DNA of 64,000 nucleotides from Eledone cirrhosa (taxonomy: Eukaryota). Below, one piece after another: positions 52,497 to 64,000 of this stretch. Under the pieces are notes generated by a model. The model was not told the origin of the DNA and did no database searches. It was given only the letters and a program-made list of their open reading frames with translations. Position numbers and translations under genes: made by a program. Numbering within the stretch: position 1 is the stretch's first letter; each line of letters begins with the position of its first letter. The stretch spans positions 113,026,001 to 113,090,000 of the forward strand of contig OZ024740.1 of NCBI GenBank assembly GCA_964016885.1, written 5' to 3'.

Positions 52497-52677
52497 TGTT
52501 TCTACTTATGGCACAAGGCCAGCAATAACCTAGTGCATTACTGGTACTTTATTGTATCGACCCCGTAAGGATGAAAGGCAAAGTTAACCTCGGCAGGATT
52601 TGAACTCAGAATGGCAAGGGCTGTAACTCTATGCGTCAAAGCATGGCGTCCGACCCTCTACCGATACTGCCAATCCA
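52495..52677 (-). mobile_element. tRNA-derived SINE with long (TTA)n tail
   Basis: Matches the family consensus. Confidence 0.9.
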
Positions 52678-52693
52678 AGCAATACAAGGATGA

Positions 52694-52953
52694 TTTGTTG
52701 TCTTCATTACATTTATTGATTGGTGACGCGCGTTTCGCTTATTGATCAGTTGTGGTAATGACCACACCAGAGGTCCGATGAGCTTTTGATTCCAGAGTCG
52801 GGTCAGATCGATACAGATCGAACCTTGAGGTTATCAATAGAGAAACGCGCGTTACCAATCAATGAACATAATGGAGATATAACAAAACGTCCTTGTATTA
52901 TTATATTTGCCCTTTGTTTAGCTCTATACCTTGCTACAGACTTGACACTCCCT

Positions 52954-52957
<4 letters not shown>
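52694..52957 (+). mobile_element. Palindromic element with hammerhead fold (52772-52856, CCGATGA core)
   Basis: Arms ~52694-52746 and ~52833-52886; GGT-CCGATGA-GCTTTTGAT...ATCAATAGA-GAAACGCGCGTT^ACC (GTC in the inverted arm); ends in (TA)n. Confidence 0.7.
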
Positions 52958-53024
<67 letters not shown>

Positions 53025-53029
53025 TCCAA

Positions 53030-53107
<78 letters not shown>

Positions 53108-54817
53108 ATATATATATAATGAAAAGGTTAGAGACGATATCACATATTCAACTTCAGTTTATTACATCTCATCTATTATGTACATTCTAAAGGCAACAAA
53201 TATTAAATAGGCAACAGTTATACGATTCTTTGACGTCAAACATTAGTTTAAATGATACTCCTTCTGATAACATATATGTAATACCCTGTGGTACCCACAA
53301 CGTGGAGTTCTTACGCCTGATTACACCGACTGCATTATGAATTTATTTCTTTTCACCCCTCGTCCTTTAAAACAATTCGGGTCAGTGCTTAACTGTTTTG
53401 TTAGGTAGTATGAAAATGACTGATGGGTTATATAAGTCCTTTGTGTGCGTAGTTCCTTGTGGTTGTTTAGACAATATACTTGTCATCTGGTAAAGAACGC
53501 AATTAGGTTCGCAAATAGATTAAAGGTTTTTATCATTTCTCTATTTAGAGGGAAATACGTATGTTTGGCAAGTTTACATGTACTAGAAATGTGAAATAAC
53601 TCAATATACACATTTACCCATCTTCCTTTATCACTAATCTGAATATATACAGTGAGGTCTTCATCATATAATTCAGTTTCTTAGCACACAAACTAATACA
53701 TGTCTTATTTAATTCAGGATAATATTATATATGATAGGGTGTATGACACTCGGCTCCGCATTTTCTTGTGATTGTTTAGCTGATATACAAAGCTTCTTAC
53801 GGGAAACCCAACTAGATTCGAAATTCAATTCAACGTATTTATCATTTTTTTTTACTTTACAGGGGAATACGTTTATTTGTCTATATACTAAAAATGTGTA
53901 AACTTATATATACATTTACGGAGTCACAGTTACCTTTGTTCAATATACATACACATTATATGTATGTATATATGATTTTCAACAAGAATACGATTAAGGT
54001 AATTTAGAGCTGCCTCAATAATAGAGGATCAGAAATCTTCAACACGCATACCATACAAATTAACAACTCGTCCCAGGCATCCTAGGAATGTAATTGTAGG
54101 GACCAAACTCGAAGCCTACTGGAGAATAAATGCCTGTCCAATGACAATACGAAATAATAGTAGTCCTTTGAAAACATAATTTATTTATATATCTTATCCA
54201 TTCATGTCTAAAACAGATAATTTCAAAATTAATATCTTTCATTGTTGAGTAGATTTAGACGGTTTGGGCTGCTACTTCCAGCGTCATTATAAGACCGTCG
54301 TATTGTCCTGATATATTAAGTCCGACATGTTCACATAGTAATTGAACGATACAAGGCAATGCGGTCTCGGCACCGTCATACTATGTATGCTATATATATT
54401 CAACTTCTTTTTTTTTCCAAAGAATTGTCCTCCTGACAAAGGAATTGTGATTCTTCCAATATCGGCCATACAAATGTTTTGAAAAAAACTAACATTGTTT
54501 CTTCAATTACAGAAACCATTGTTAGGGAACTATACGAGTAAAGCTGACTTATTTTAGTCCATCTAGCTTACACCTCACCCTACATCGAGATTATAGCTTA
54601 GATTTAATAGGTTTAATTACTGCTTTGAGTTGATAATTTATTAATATATCTTATCTTTTCATTGAGATGTCTAAGTATTAGAGACAGATAACCTTTTAAG
54701 TTAATATATATATAAAAAAGATAAAATCGAAAATGCATTTTCGATTTCATCTTTTTTCCTTATACTTTCACTCATGTAGGACATCTCGTTTTTTTTCATT
54801 TAAAAAATAAACCCTCT

Positions 54818-54848
<31 letters not shown>

Positions 54849-55195
54849 CATCACTGATTATTAATATCGATGTAGTTTTTTATATTGATATTGCATGGGC
54901 ATCCACTGATGGCCCACTTATGTGTATATACAATGATTATATACAAGTTTCTACATAACTTGGACATTATTAATCCCACCATGTAGAAATATTATAAACG
55001 AAACGATCGTATGGAAAGAAAGAGAGATTTATTTAATTACGTCTCATATAAAATAATACAACCAATTATCCATGGAATACTATATAGTTAGCACCCCAAA
55101 CACATAATTGGGATTATATTCAGGTATATCCTAATGTTTGTTGAGTGAGATGGAGTTGGTCAGAGTATCGCTTAAAGCTTTCTCTGTTAATGTAT

Positions 55196-55256
<61 letters not shown>

Positions 55257-55261
<5 letters not shown>

Positions 55262-55481
55262 AAAAGAGTCAGAATACCGACGACTGAGCTTCGGCCGTTT
55301 CGACAGCTAGATCCGAACTAATCTGAACTACATACTGCTGCTGGTTTAGTTCGGATCTAGCTGTCGAAACGGCCGGAGCTCAGCCGTCGGGGTCCTGACT
55401 CTTTTCCTATTACCCACTCTACTACCCTAAGTATCGAGTACTCTGGTGCGTTATATTCCACCTGGTTCCTCACCACACTTT

Positions 55482-55483
<2 letters not shown>
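55257..55483 (+). mobile_element. Family P1 copy 4 (diverged subfamily, palindromic)
   Basis: gtcgaaacggccggagctcagccgtcgggg...tattacccactctactaccctaag. Confidence 0.8.
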
Positions 55484-55535
<52 letters not shown>

Positions 55536-55624
55536 CTGTGTGTGTGTGTGTCGGTGTGTGATATATTGAAATTATGACTGTGCTCAAGTTTGGTCAGTTT
55601 AATTAAGTATATGACTGATAAGAA

Positions 55625-56055
55625 ATAATTATTTCTAATATAGGCACAAGGCCAGTAAATTGGAGGGAAGGGAAAGTCCATTAAATTGACCCCAGTACGT
55701 TACTGGTGTTTTATTTTATCGACCCCGTAAGGATGAAAGACAAAATTAACCTCGGCGGGATTTGAACCCAGATCGTAAAGGGCCGTAACTCTTTGAGGCA
55801 AAGCATAACATCAGACCCTCTACCGATACTGCCAATCCACCGACTATATACTGCTAATCCACTGATAAGAAATAATTGTTTCTACTTTAGGCACAAGGCC
55901 AGCAATTACCCAGTGCATTACTGGTACTTTATTTTATCGACCCTGTAATGATGAAAGGCAAAGTAAACCTCGGCGGGATTTGAACTCAGACCGTAAAGGG
56001 ACGTAACTATGTTGGAAAGCATGACGTCCGACTCTCTACCGATACTGCCAATCCA
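55625..56055 (-). mobile_element. Two tandem SINEs
   Basis: 55625-55843 and 55873-56055; actgataagaaataat at 55614 and 55861, aagaaataat again at ~56055. Confidence 0.9.
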
Positions 56056-56396
56056 AGAAATAATGGCAGACAAGATTACCTGTCAATCGGTTGACACTAC
56101 ACCACCAATTCTAACAACTGACCAATATGCCACTAGTATGATGAGTCTGAAGACAGAGCCGCCAAAGTTACAAAACTTTAATACAAATATGGATTTAGGC
56201 ACACCGCTGTTTCAAACTAAACATAAAGAACTTGTGGGGAAATAAAAAAAAGACCATCAATAAAAATAATCAAACAAGAACCCAGTTGTGTTTTCAATAA
56301 AACTGGTTCTACTTACACAAACTGTGTATGTATGTATGTATGCATGTATTTATGTATGTATGTATGTGTGTCTATATATGTATTTATATACACACA

Positions 56397-56447
<51 letters not shown>

Positions 56448-56448
56448 G

Positions 56449-56521
<73 letters not shown>

Positions 56522-56522
56522 G

Positions 56523-56581
<59 letters not shown>

Positions 56582-56804
56582 GTGTATATATTATCTACGC
56601 GCATACATATAAACAAATCCTCCCAACCATCTACCTATATATCTCTGAAAAAAGTTCTGGAGATAAAAGAGACAAGCTGCAAAAAGTAAGTCACTATTGC
56701 GCGATTAAATGATAAGCAAAATAAAAGACATTAAAGGGTGAGTACAGTTTAGAAAGTAAGATAGAAAGAGCGCGAGAGAGAGAGAGGGGGAGTGAGAGAC
56801 AGAC

Positions 56805-56836
<32 letters not shown>

Positions 56837-57041
56837 ACTGACAGGCAGAAAGACAGATGTACAGACAGACGGGCAGGAGATACATGGAAGATTAATGTTA
56901 AAGCAGTCGTAGCAACAATATCGAGGCGTGAGAACCTATTATAGCCAAACTATGTTTCACCATATTTGTTTATATATATATATATCGGATACTCTCCTAA
57001 CTGTGTATAATCTATAAAGACCTTAATGTGTTACCTCAATT

Positions 57042-57131
<90 letters not shown>

Positions 57132-57236
57132 TAAAATATATATATATTTTATATATATATATATTTTATATATATTATATATATATTATATATATATATT
57201 TATATATATATATATATTTTATATATATATATATTT

Positions 57237-57269
<33 letters not shown>

Positions 57270-57522
57270 ATTATATATATATATATATATATATTTTATA
57301 TATATATATATAATTGAATATATGAGAGGGGTGAACACCGATACAAGAGTATACATGTGTTCGAATTGCAAATGACCAAGTTAGCTAGGTTGAAAAAATA
57401 CTAATTTAAAACAATATGGTTTGCCTGTCTCGATTTAAAGTAATAAATCAATAAAAATAAAGCTATATTGGGTAACCACCGTTTGATACCCGGACAGATC
57501 TAAATCTGTTTCGCAACAATTA

Positions 57523-57711
57523 TTGACACTGCACTCAGTGCTCCTGTGGGAGACCCTGCATGGACACTCTGGAAGTGGAAGACCAAGGTTAACGTATGTT
57601 GATGCCCTAAGGACAGACACTGGTCTGTTGGAGACGCAGGACATGGCAGCGATATTGAGGGACAGAGACCGCTGGAGAGAACTCGTCTATGGATCTCGGG
57701 AATTTTACCCG

Positions 57712-57714
<3 letters not shown>
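57523..57714 (+). mobile_element. RTE-like LINE 3' fragment
   Basis: VLLWETLHG...GRPRLTYVDALRTDTGL...DRDRWR. Confidence 0.6.
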
Positions 57715-57769
<55 letters not shown>

Positions 57770-57773
<4 letters not shown>

Positions 57774-57946
57774 CGAAGGAAATGTGGTAAGGAACCAGGT
57801 GGACCATAACGCACCAAAGTACTCAATACTTGAGGTAGTAGAGTGGGTAATAGGAACCAGTAAGACCCCGACAGCTGAGCTCAAGCCGTTTCGACGGAAT
57901 TAGCCGTCAAAACGGCTTGAGCTCAGCTGTCGGGGTCTTACTGGTT

Positions 57947-57951
<5 letters not shown>
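57770..57951 (-). mobile_element. Family P1 copy 5 (palindromic)
   Basis: Reverse-complement match to copy 1; arms ~57850-57897 and ~57904-57951. Confidence 0.85.
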
Positions 57952-57988
<37 letters not shown>

Positions 57989-58705
57989 GAATTGGTGCTC
58001 TGAAATAGCGATATATATATGAATGTATATATAGTGTATTTTGCAATACACTGTATGCTTAATTAAAAGCATTTCGAAGACCTTACGCTATTGTTTTAGA
58101 GTAGTGACAGTCTCACTTACTTTAAATTTTCAACAAACAATATATACATTCATATATATATATATATCGCTATTTCAGAGCACCAATTATAATTTACAAT
58201 TTCTGCTTGACCGGCAACCGCTCTGTATAATCAGTTCCTGATTATTATTAGAATTCTATAAGAGTCAAACATTCATGATTTTCAGCAAACAGGCGGAGTA
58301 CTTAGCTTTGATAAGCACCAAAAAGTGCGATACAGAGCTCTGTCAGCTTTATCTCTCCTGTTTTCTGAAAATTAAATTAAGTGAGACTGTCACTACTCTA
58401 AAACAATAGCGTAAGGTCTTCGAAATGCTTTTAATTAAGCATACAGTGTATTGCAAAATACACTATATATACATTCATATATATGTATATATATATATAT
58501 ATATATAACCAATAACTTCTGAAGAACAGATAAGACAAAGTTACCAAATTTTACTTCTTTGTCCCGACTGCAGTTGCACCATTGTTTGTAAAGGTGCCCT
58601 CTGTATTTGGTATTTTAACGCAAAATTTACATCGAGGACATATCTCCAACGAGTCGATATTTTCTGCATCGATATAATTTCACTGTATGTAGGTACGTAT
58701 GTATG

Positions 58706-60918
58706 TTCTTTTGGTTTTATAATTTCACAATTTTTTTTACCAATAGAGAGAGTCGGTTTCTAACACAGACACAAGACTCTCTAATTGGAATTTACACAAC
58801 ATCAACTAGGTAGATATGTATGTATGTCTGCATGCATACATGTGTAGATATGGATGTTATTGTATGTGTGGATGTGTATGTTTTCAGTTGTATGTGTGAA
58901 TGTGTATATGCTTTGTATCTTTACATGTGATATGCAGTTATTAGATGTGATATGCAGTTATTACATGTGATATGCAGTTATTGGAATGTTTTACATATTT
59001 TCACTGTTCCATTAATGGATTGTACTTGTAATTTCCTAACTAGTTGTGAAGGTGTAATCATGGTGGAGTATCTGCAGATTTCTCATCAGTTCTGCATAAA
59101 TATTCTCCTTTTCACTAATCTTTGATATTAGCTGGGCAGCTAATTTCCACTACTTTGCATGCTTTCTTCTCATATCATAATATCTGGTCCGTTATGCCTG
59201 CATTTTATTCGGGTTTTTACTGGAAAATTCCACCAGTGCTCTTTCATATTATGTACATGGATGTCTTCTACATTGCTGTAGCTTTTAATGTGTTTATTAT
59301 CAGGGCTATCTTTTTTACGGATTGCATTGTACAGTGTTTTGGCCACTACATCATGCCTCATAGGTAGATAGTACTGCGAGACATTGGTGATATCTTTCAT
59401 GTTAGTTCTGCAGCGTCTGCACTTGTTATCACATCTAGGTGTTTTGCCTGCATCCCTATCTCTTTTGTGAATCAGGGATTTCGTGTTAATCGCCTGTTCT
59501 TGGATTGCAAAAGCGTATCCTTCAAAGTGGGAGCCAATATAGCGGTTGTTGGTCCAAGATAGACTACTTTCCTTATCTATATTACTCTCACTCTGGAGCT
59601 TCCTGGTAACATATCCATGCATGATTTTTTGCTGATAGGCATGCAGTTTTTCGTCCATGGATTCACTGCGATACTGCTGAGCGACTTCCCTGGGTGTGAG
59701 TTTTTGATTATCACACAGGGAATATCTCTCGAGGAGTTCCTTCCCATCTCTCATGATCTTATCTGTTTCATACATTTAGACTTGCTCGAGAGACGGGCTC
59801 CTAAGCTGCGAGGTTCGTAGATGTTGTCGGAGGGATATGATGCGACATTCAAATGCTGCCTGGACTGATGTTAGGCCTCTGCCTCCCTGCTTACGTTTCA
59901 AGTAAAGGCGGTTATGTCACTGTTGATGTGGAAATTTCCGGTGTTGTTTAGTATTTTTCGAGTTCCAACATCAACTGCTCAGATTTCGTCTATCGTCCAA
60001 TTGAGTATTCCAAACGTTGGTGTTAGGACAGGCACAGCAAACACATTGTGAGCCACTGTTTTGTTTTGTGCAGAGAGTTCCAATGACCAAATCTTTCTTA
60101 ATCGGGTGTAGTATTCCCTGGTTACGCATTCCTTATTACAGATACCATTATAGGATATGTTCTCATCTATCCCCAGGTATCTATAGCAGTCCTCCTCAGA
60201 TATCGGTGAAACAGTTAGGCCATTGATGACAATGTTGCTAGATTGGGCTGTTGTTTTTCCCCACGTTTCAGTCATATATGACCATTTATCTTGACCCAAC
60301 TCCATTCCTCTATCCTTTGAGAACGTTGTAACCAGGTCAAGATTTTTCTTCATCACATCCATGTTCTTAGCATAGAGTTTCAGATCATACACAAAGAAAT
60401 TATGGGTTAGGTTCCTATTTCTGTCCTACTGTGAGCCAATGATGTATCCTTCACATTTCTTGAGCAGAAATGACAAGGGGTTTAATGACAGGATGAATAA
60501 TATCTTAGAGAGACTGTCTCCCTGAAATATACCCCTGCGATATTTTATTTTATCAGTGAAAATAGAGTCCTCCCTCTCAGTCTTTAACCGTGGATAGTAG
60601 CCCAAGAAGAAGACAGCTTCTCTATGGTTCTGATAATAATGTCTGGAACTTTAGCAAGTTGGAGGGCCTCTATCATCCAAGAGTGGGGAACAGAATCGAA
60701 AGGTTTCCTGTAGTCCAGCCAGACTGTAGCCATATTCCTCCCAAGTTGTCACACCTCCGACATCTCAGTTTTGTTGATTAGGAGTTGTTCAGCACACCCC
60801 CAAACCCCTTTCTTTCCAGCTGCTTGTTCATCTGTGATGATGTTATTATTTTCCCAATGATCTTGGAGGTATAGGTTCAGGCAGGCTGTATACATCTTAT
60901 ACATCAGGTTCTGGCATG
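58706..60918 (-). mobile_element. R4-like RLE LINE family D, 5'-truncated and decayed, (CATA)n tail
   Basis: EQAAGKKGVWGCAEQLLIN, GIFQGDSLS, YDLKLYA, AIQEQAI, CRRC, MRHD, GPDI, GTVKICKTFQ. Confidence 0.85.
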
Positions 60919-61800
60919 CCATGTGTGCATGTGTATATGCTTTGTATATGTACATGTGTATATGCAGTTATTAGATGCAAAATGTTTGGAATGTTTTACA
61001 TATTTTTACTGTTTCATTTTGGATTGTACTTGTAATTTCCTAACTAGTTGTGTTCTCTCTGTTCCTGTGAAGCCTAGCTTCTCAAGATTTGTATTGAGGC
61101 AGTTACTAACATACCCAAGTGCCCCAGTAATCACAGGCATAAATCTGAAGGTGTAATCAGGGTGTAGTATCTGCAGATTTCTCATCAGTTCTGCATAACG
61201 ATACTCTTTTCGCTAATCTTTGATATTATATTGGCATCTGCTGGGCAGCTTATTTCCACTACTGTGCATGCTTTCTTCTCCCTGTCCCATATGATAATAG
61301 CTGGTCTTTATGCCTGCATTTTTTTACTGGAACATTCCACCAGTACTCTTTCATATTATGTACATGGATGTCTTCTACATTGCTGTAGCTTTCAATGTGT
61401 TTATTATCGAGGCTATCTTTTTTACGGATTGCATCGTACATAGTTTTGGCCACTACATCATGCCTCATAGGTAGATAGTACCGCGAGGCATTTGTGATAT
61501 CTTTCATGTTAGTTCTGCAGAGGCTGCACTTGTTATCACATCTAGGTGTTTTGCTTGCATACCTATCTCTTTTGTGAATCAGGTATTTCGTGTTAATCTC
61601 CTGTTCTTGGATTGCAAAAGCGTATCCTTCAAAGTGGGAGCCAATATAGCGGTTGTTGGTCCAAGATAGACTACTTTCCTTATCTATATTACTCTCACTC
61701 TGGAGCTTCCTGGCAACATATCCATGCATGATTTTTTGCTCATAAGCATGCAGTTTTTCAGCCATGATTTTTTTGCTGATAACCTTGCAGTGTTTCATCC
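60919..61800 (-). mobile_element. Second family D copy (C-terminal part), abutting (TATG)n
   Basis: Duplicates ~58900-59650 with independent indels. Confidence 0.85.
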
Positions 61801-61895
61801 ATGTATGTATGTATGTATGTATGTATGTATGTATGTATGTATGTATGTATGTATGTATGTATGTATGTATGTATGTATGTATGTATGTATGTATG

Positions 61896-62236
61896 TCAGG
61901 TCACCAGTTGGTGCTACTGGTAACATGTATCCCAGTACAACCTGTCTCATGGTCGGGTCGCTGGCGACTAAACTGGCAACCCCACCAAGGTTTCTTGGTG
62001 AGGAGGGTGACTTTGGACATCCTGCAGGATGTCAAAGGACAAAGGAGCTCTTAAGAGTCAATGGCCATCCAAATCACCGGGAGAGATGACCCCTTAGCCT
62101 TTGTCAAGGTAGAATTCTAGGAGAAGGAAAACTCTGATATAACACCTGCAACTCTGATGGTATCCAATGATGTTGACTTGTTCTTTTTGGTAAATATCAT
62201 CTTGGTTAAGAAAGTGGGACTGGCTTTATGCAGCGT
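61896..62236 (+). mobile_element. RTE-like 5' UTR
   Basis: ctaggagaaggaaaactctga motif; related to 16452-16830 and 26581-26680. Confidence 0.5.
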
Positions 62237-62812
62237 CTTTGCTCACTATAAAAGCGTCACGGCACAGGCATTGCTTTACATCTGGAGATCTCTCTGCACT
62301 TGTCGTCACATGGTACCATGGGCCCAGCACTATGTGTCAATAATTGTCACAAGTGTAGTCTTTGTACCAGAGTTTTCAAGTCGCTGGCTGGACTAAAAAG
62401 TCACACTCGTTCAGCGCATCGGTAGGAGTTCTTCTACATGGATATAAAGTAGTGACCGTACTCGAAAACGAGTTGGCAGCTACCATGTATGTATGTATGT
62501 ATGTATGTATGTATGTATGTATGTATGTATGTATGTATGTATGTATGTATGTATGTATGTATTTTTGCTCACTATAAAAGCTTCACGGCACAGGCATTGC
62601 TTTATATCTGGAGATCTCTCTGCACTTGTCGTTACATAGTGCCATGCGCCCAACACTATGTGTCAATAATTGTCACAGGTGTAGTGTTTGTACCAGAGTT
62701 TTCAAGTCGCTGGCTGGACTAAAAAGTCACACTTGTTTAGCGCATCGGTAGGGGTTCTCCTACATGGATATAAAGTAGTGGCCGTACTCGAAAACGAGTT
62801 GGCAGCCACCAT
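62237..62812. repeat. ~250-bp tandem duplication separated and followed by (TATG)n
   Basis: tttgctcactataaaagc...gagttggcagc.accat at ~62238 and ~62564. Confidence 0.9.
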
Positions 62813-62836
62813 ATATGTATATATGTATGTATGTAA

Positions 62837-64000
62837 GGGCGTGAAGGAAGTGCTGCGTCGCAGGCTTGAAAGCATTGATTCTGCGAATAACTGGAATGAA
62901 TTCAGGATCTCGGTCTATGAGTCTTAAGTTGAGGTCCTTGACTTTGTCACAAGAAAACACAAGGACTGGTTTGATGAGAATGACCGGAAGGTTGAGGCTC
63001 TGCTGGACAGAAAACAAAAGGTACTTGATGCAGTTCTTAAAGGTGGTAGCTCTGTTGGTGACAATTATGAGCGTTACAGACAGGTAAAGAAGGAGCTGCA
63101 GGTGGAACTCATGCAAAATACCTGGTGAAGCAACAACGCAGATGAGGTTCAAGCGGCATCTGATGGCAACAATGTGAAACTGCAGCACTCTCTACTCAGA
63201 GAGGTGTATGGTCCTTTCAGCTCACTACTGATACCTGTGAGATCAAAAGATGGCAAGCAGTTACTGCGCGATCCAAAAGACATACTCGACAGATGGCGAG
63301 ATCACTTTGATGAGCTCATAAACCAGCCATCCCAGGCTGATGATGATTTCAGTTGCTCCATTCCTATTGAACCAGTGAAGTATGAGATGGCTGATGCACC
63401 TTCTCTTGCAGAGGTAACTTCTGCTGTGCATAAGCTGAACTGTGGTACGTCTCCTGGTATGGACGGTCTGAGTGCAGAGGTTTTGAAGTGCGGTGGGGAA
63501 AACTTAACGCAGCGCCTGACTGACATCATGAAGAAGGTGTGGGAAGATGAGAATGTCCTATAAGATTGGAAGGATGCACTCATGGTGATTCTCCATAAAA
63601 GAAATGGTGGGAAGGACAAATTTCGCAATTATCGTGGCATATCACATCTTTCAGTAGTTGGTAAAGTCATGTGTCGAATTTTGATGGATAGATTTATCTC
63701 AAGGGCTGCTCTGAATGTGTTGCCTGAGTCGCAGTGTGGGTTCAGGAACGAAAGAAGAACAGTGGATATGATTTTTTCTGCTCTACAGCTGCAAGAAACA
63801 TGTATCGAACAATGTATGGACCTTTATCAGGTTTTTGTTTACTTGACAAAGGCCTTTGAGAACGTCAATCGAACTGCATTGTGGAAAGTTTTGGAAAAGC
63901 TTGACTGCCCTCCAAGGTTTGTGAAGATTCTGTATCTTTTTCATGATGACATGAAGGCTTGTGTCAGTATTGGTGGTAGCATCTCTGAACCAATATCAGT
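62837..64000 (+). pseudogene. RTE-clade LINE reverse-transcriptase region, decayed, runs off the window
   Basis: RWRDHFDELIN, SPGMDGLSAEVLK, NYRGISHLS, LPESQCGFR..RRTVDMIF, LTKAFENVNR..LWKVL. Confidence 0.9.

Noticed and set aside
56009-56245. 78-aa ORF and tgatgagtc-tgaa-gac motif
   Set aside because: The ORF starts inside a SINE and has no recognisable domain; the motif lacks C3 and GAAA.

Overview
AT-rich, repeat-saturated metazoan DNA. The SINE families and microsatellite load suggest an octopus or other coleoid cephalopod (inference). No host gene exon can be supported, and most listed ORFs are translations of (TA)n, (CA)n, (GA)n, (TATG)n or (TAA)n tracts. Real coding content is retroelement-derived and decayed: two near-full-length Tx1/L1-like LINEs (minus strand, ~28.0-34.0 kb and 46.5-52.4 kb), three R4/Dong-like RLE LINE families (two in (TAA)n, one in (CATA)n), RTE fragments, and about 15 copies of a tRNA-derived SINE. 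The least explained layer is a set of short non-coding elements lodged in (TA)n. Many carry complete or partial type I hammerhead ribozyme folds, three of them with a CCGAnGA core instead of CUGAnGA. Many are tail-out palindromes whose inverted arm ends at an internal TA motif, and some show terminal redundancy or a circular-type junction (Penelope pLTR/retrozyme-like). There are also fold-back duplications of genomic DNA centred on (TA)n. Coordinates were read by eye and may be off by a few bases.
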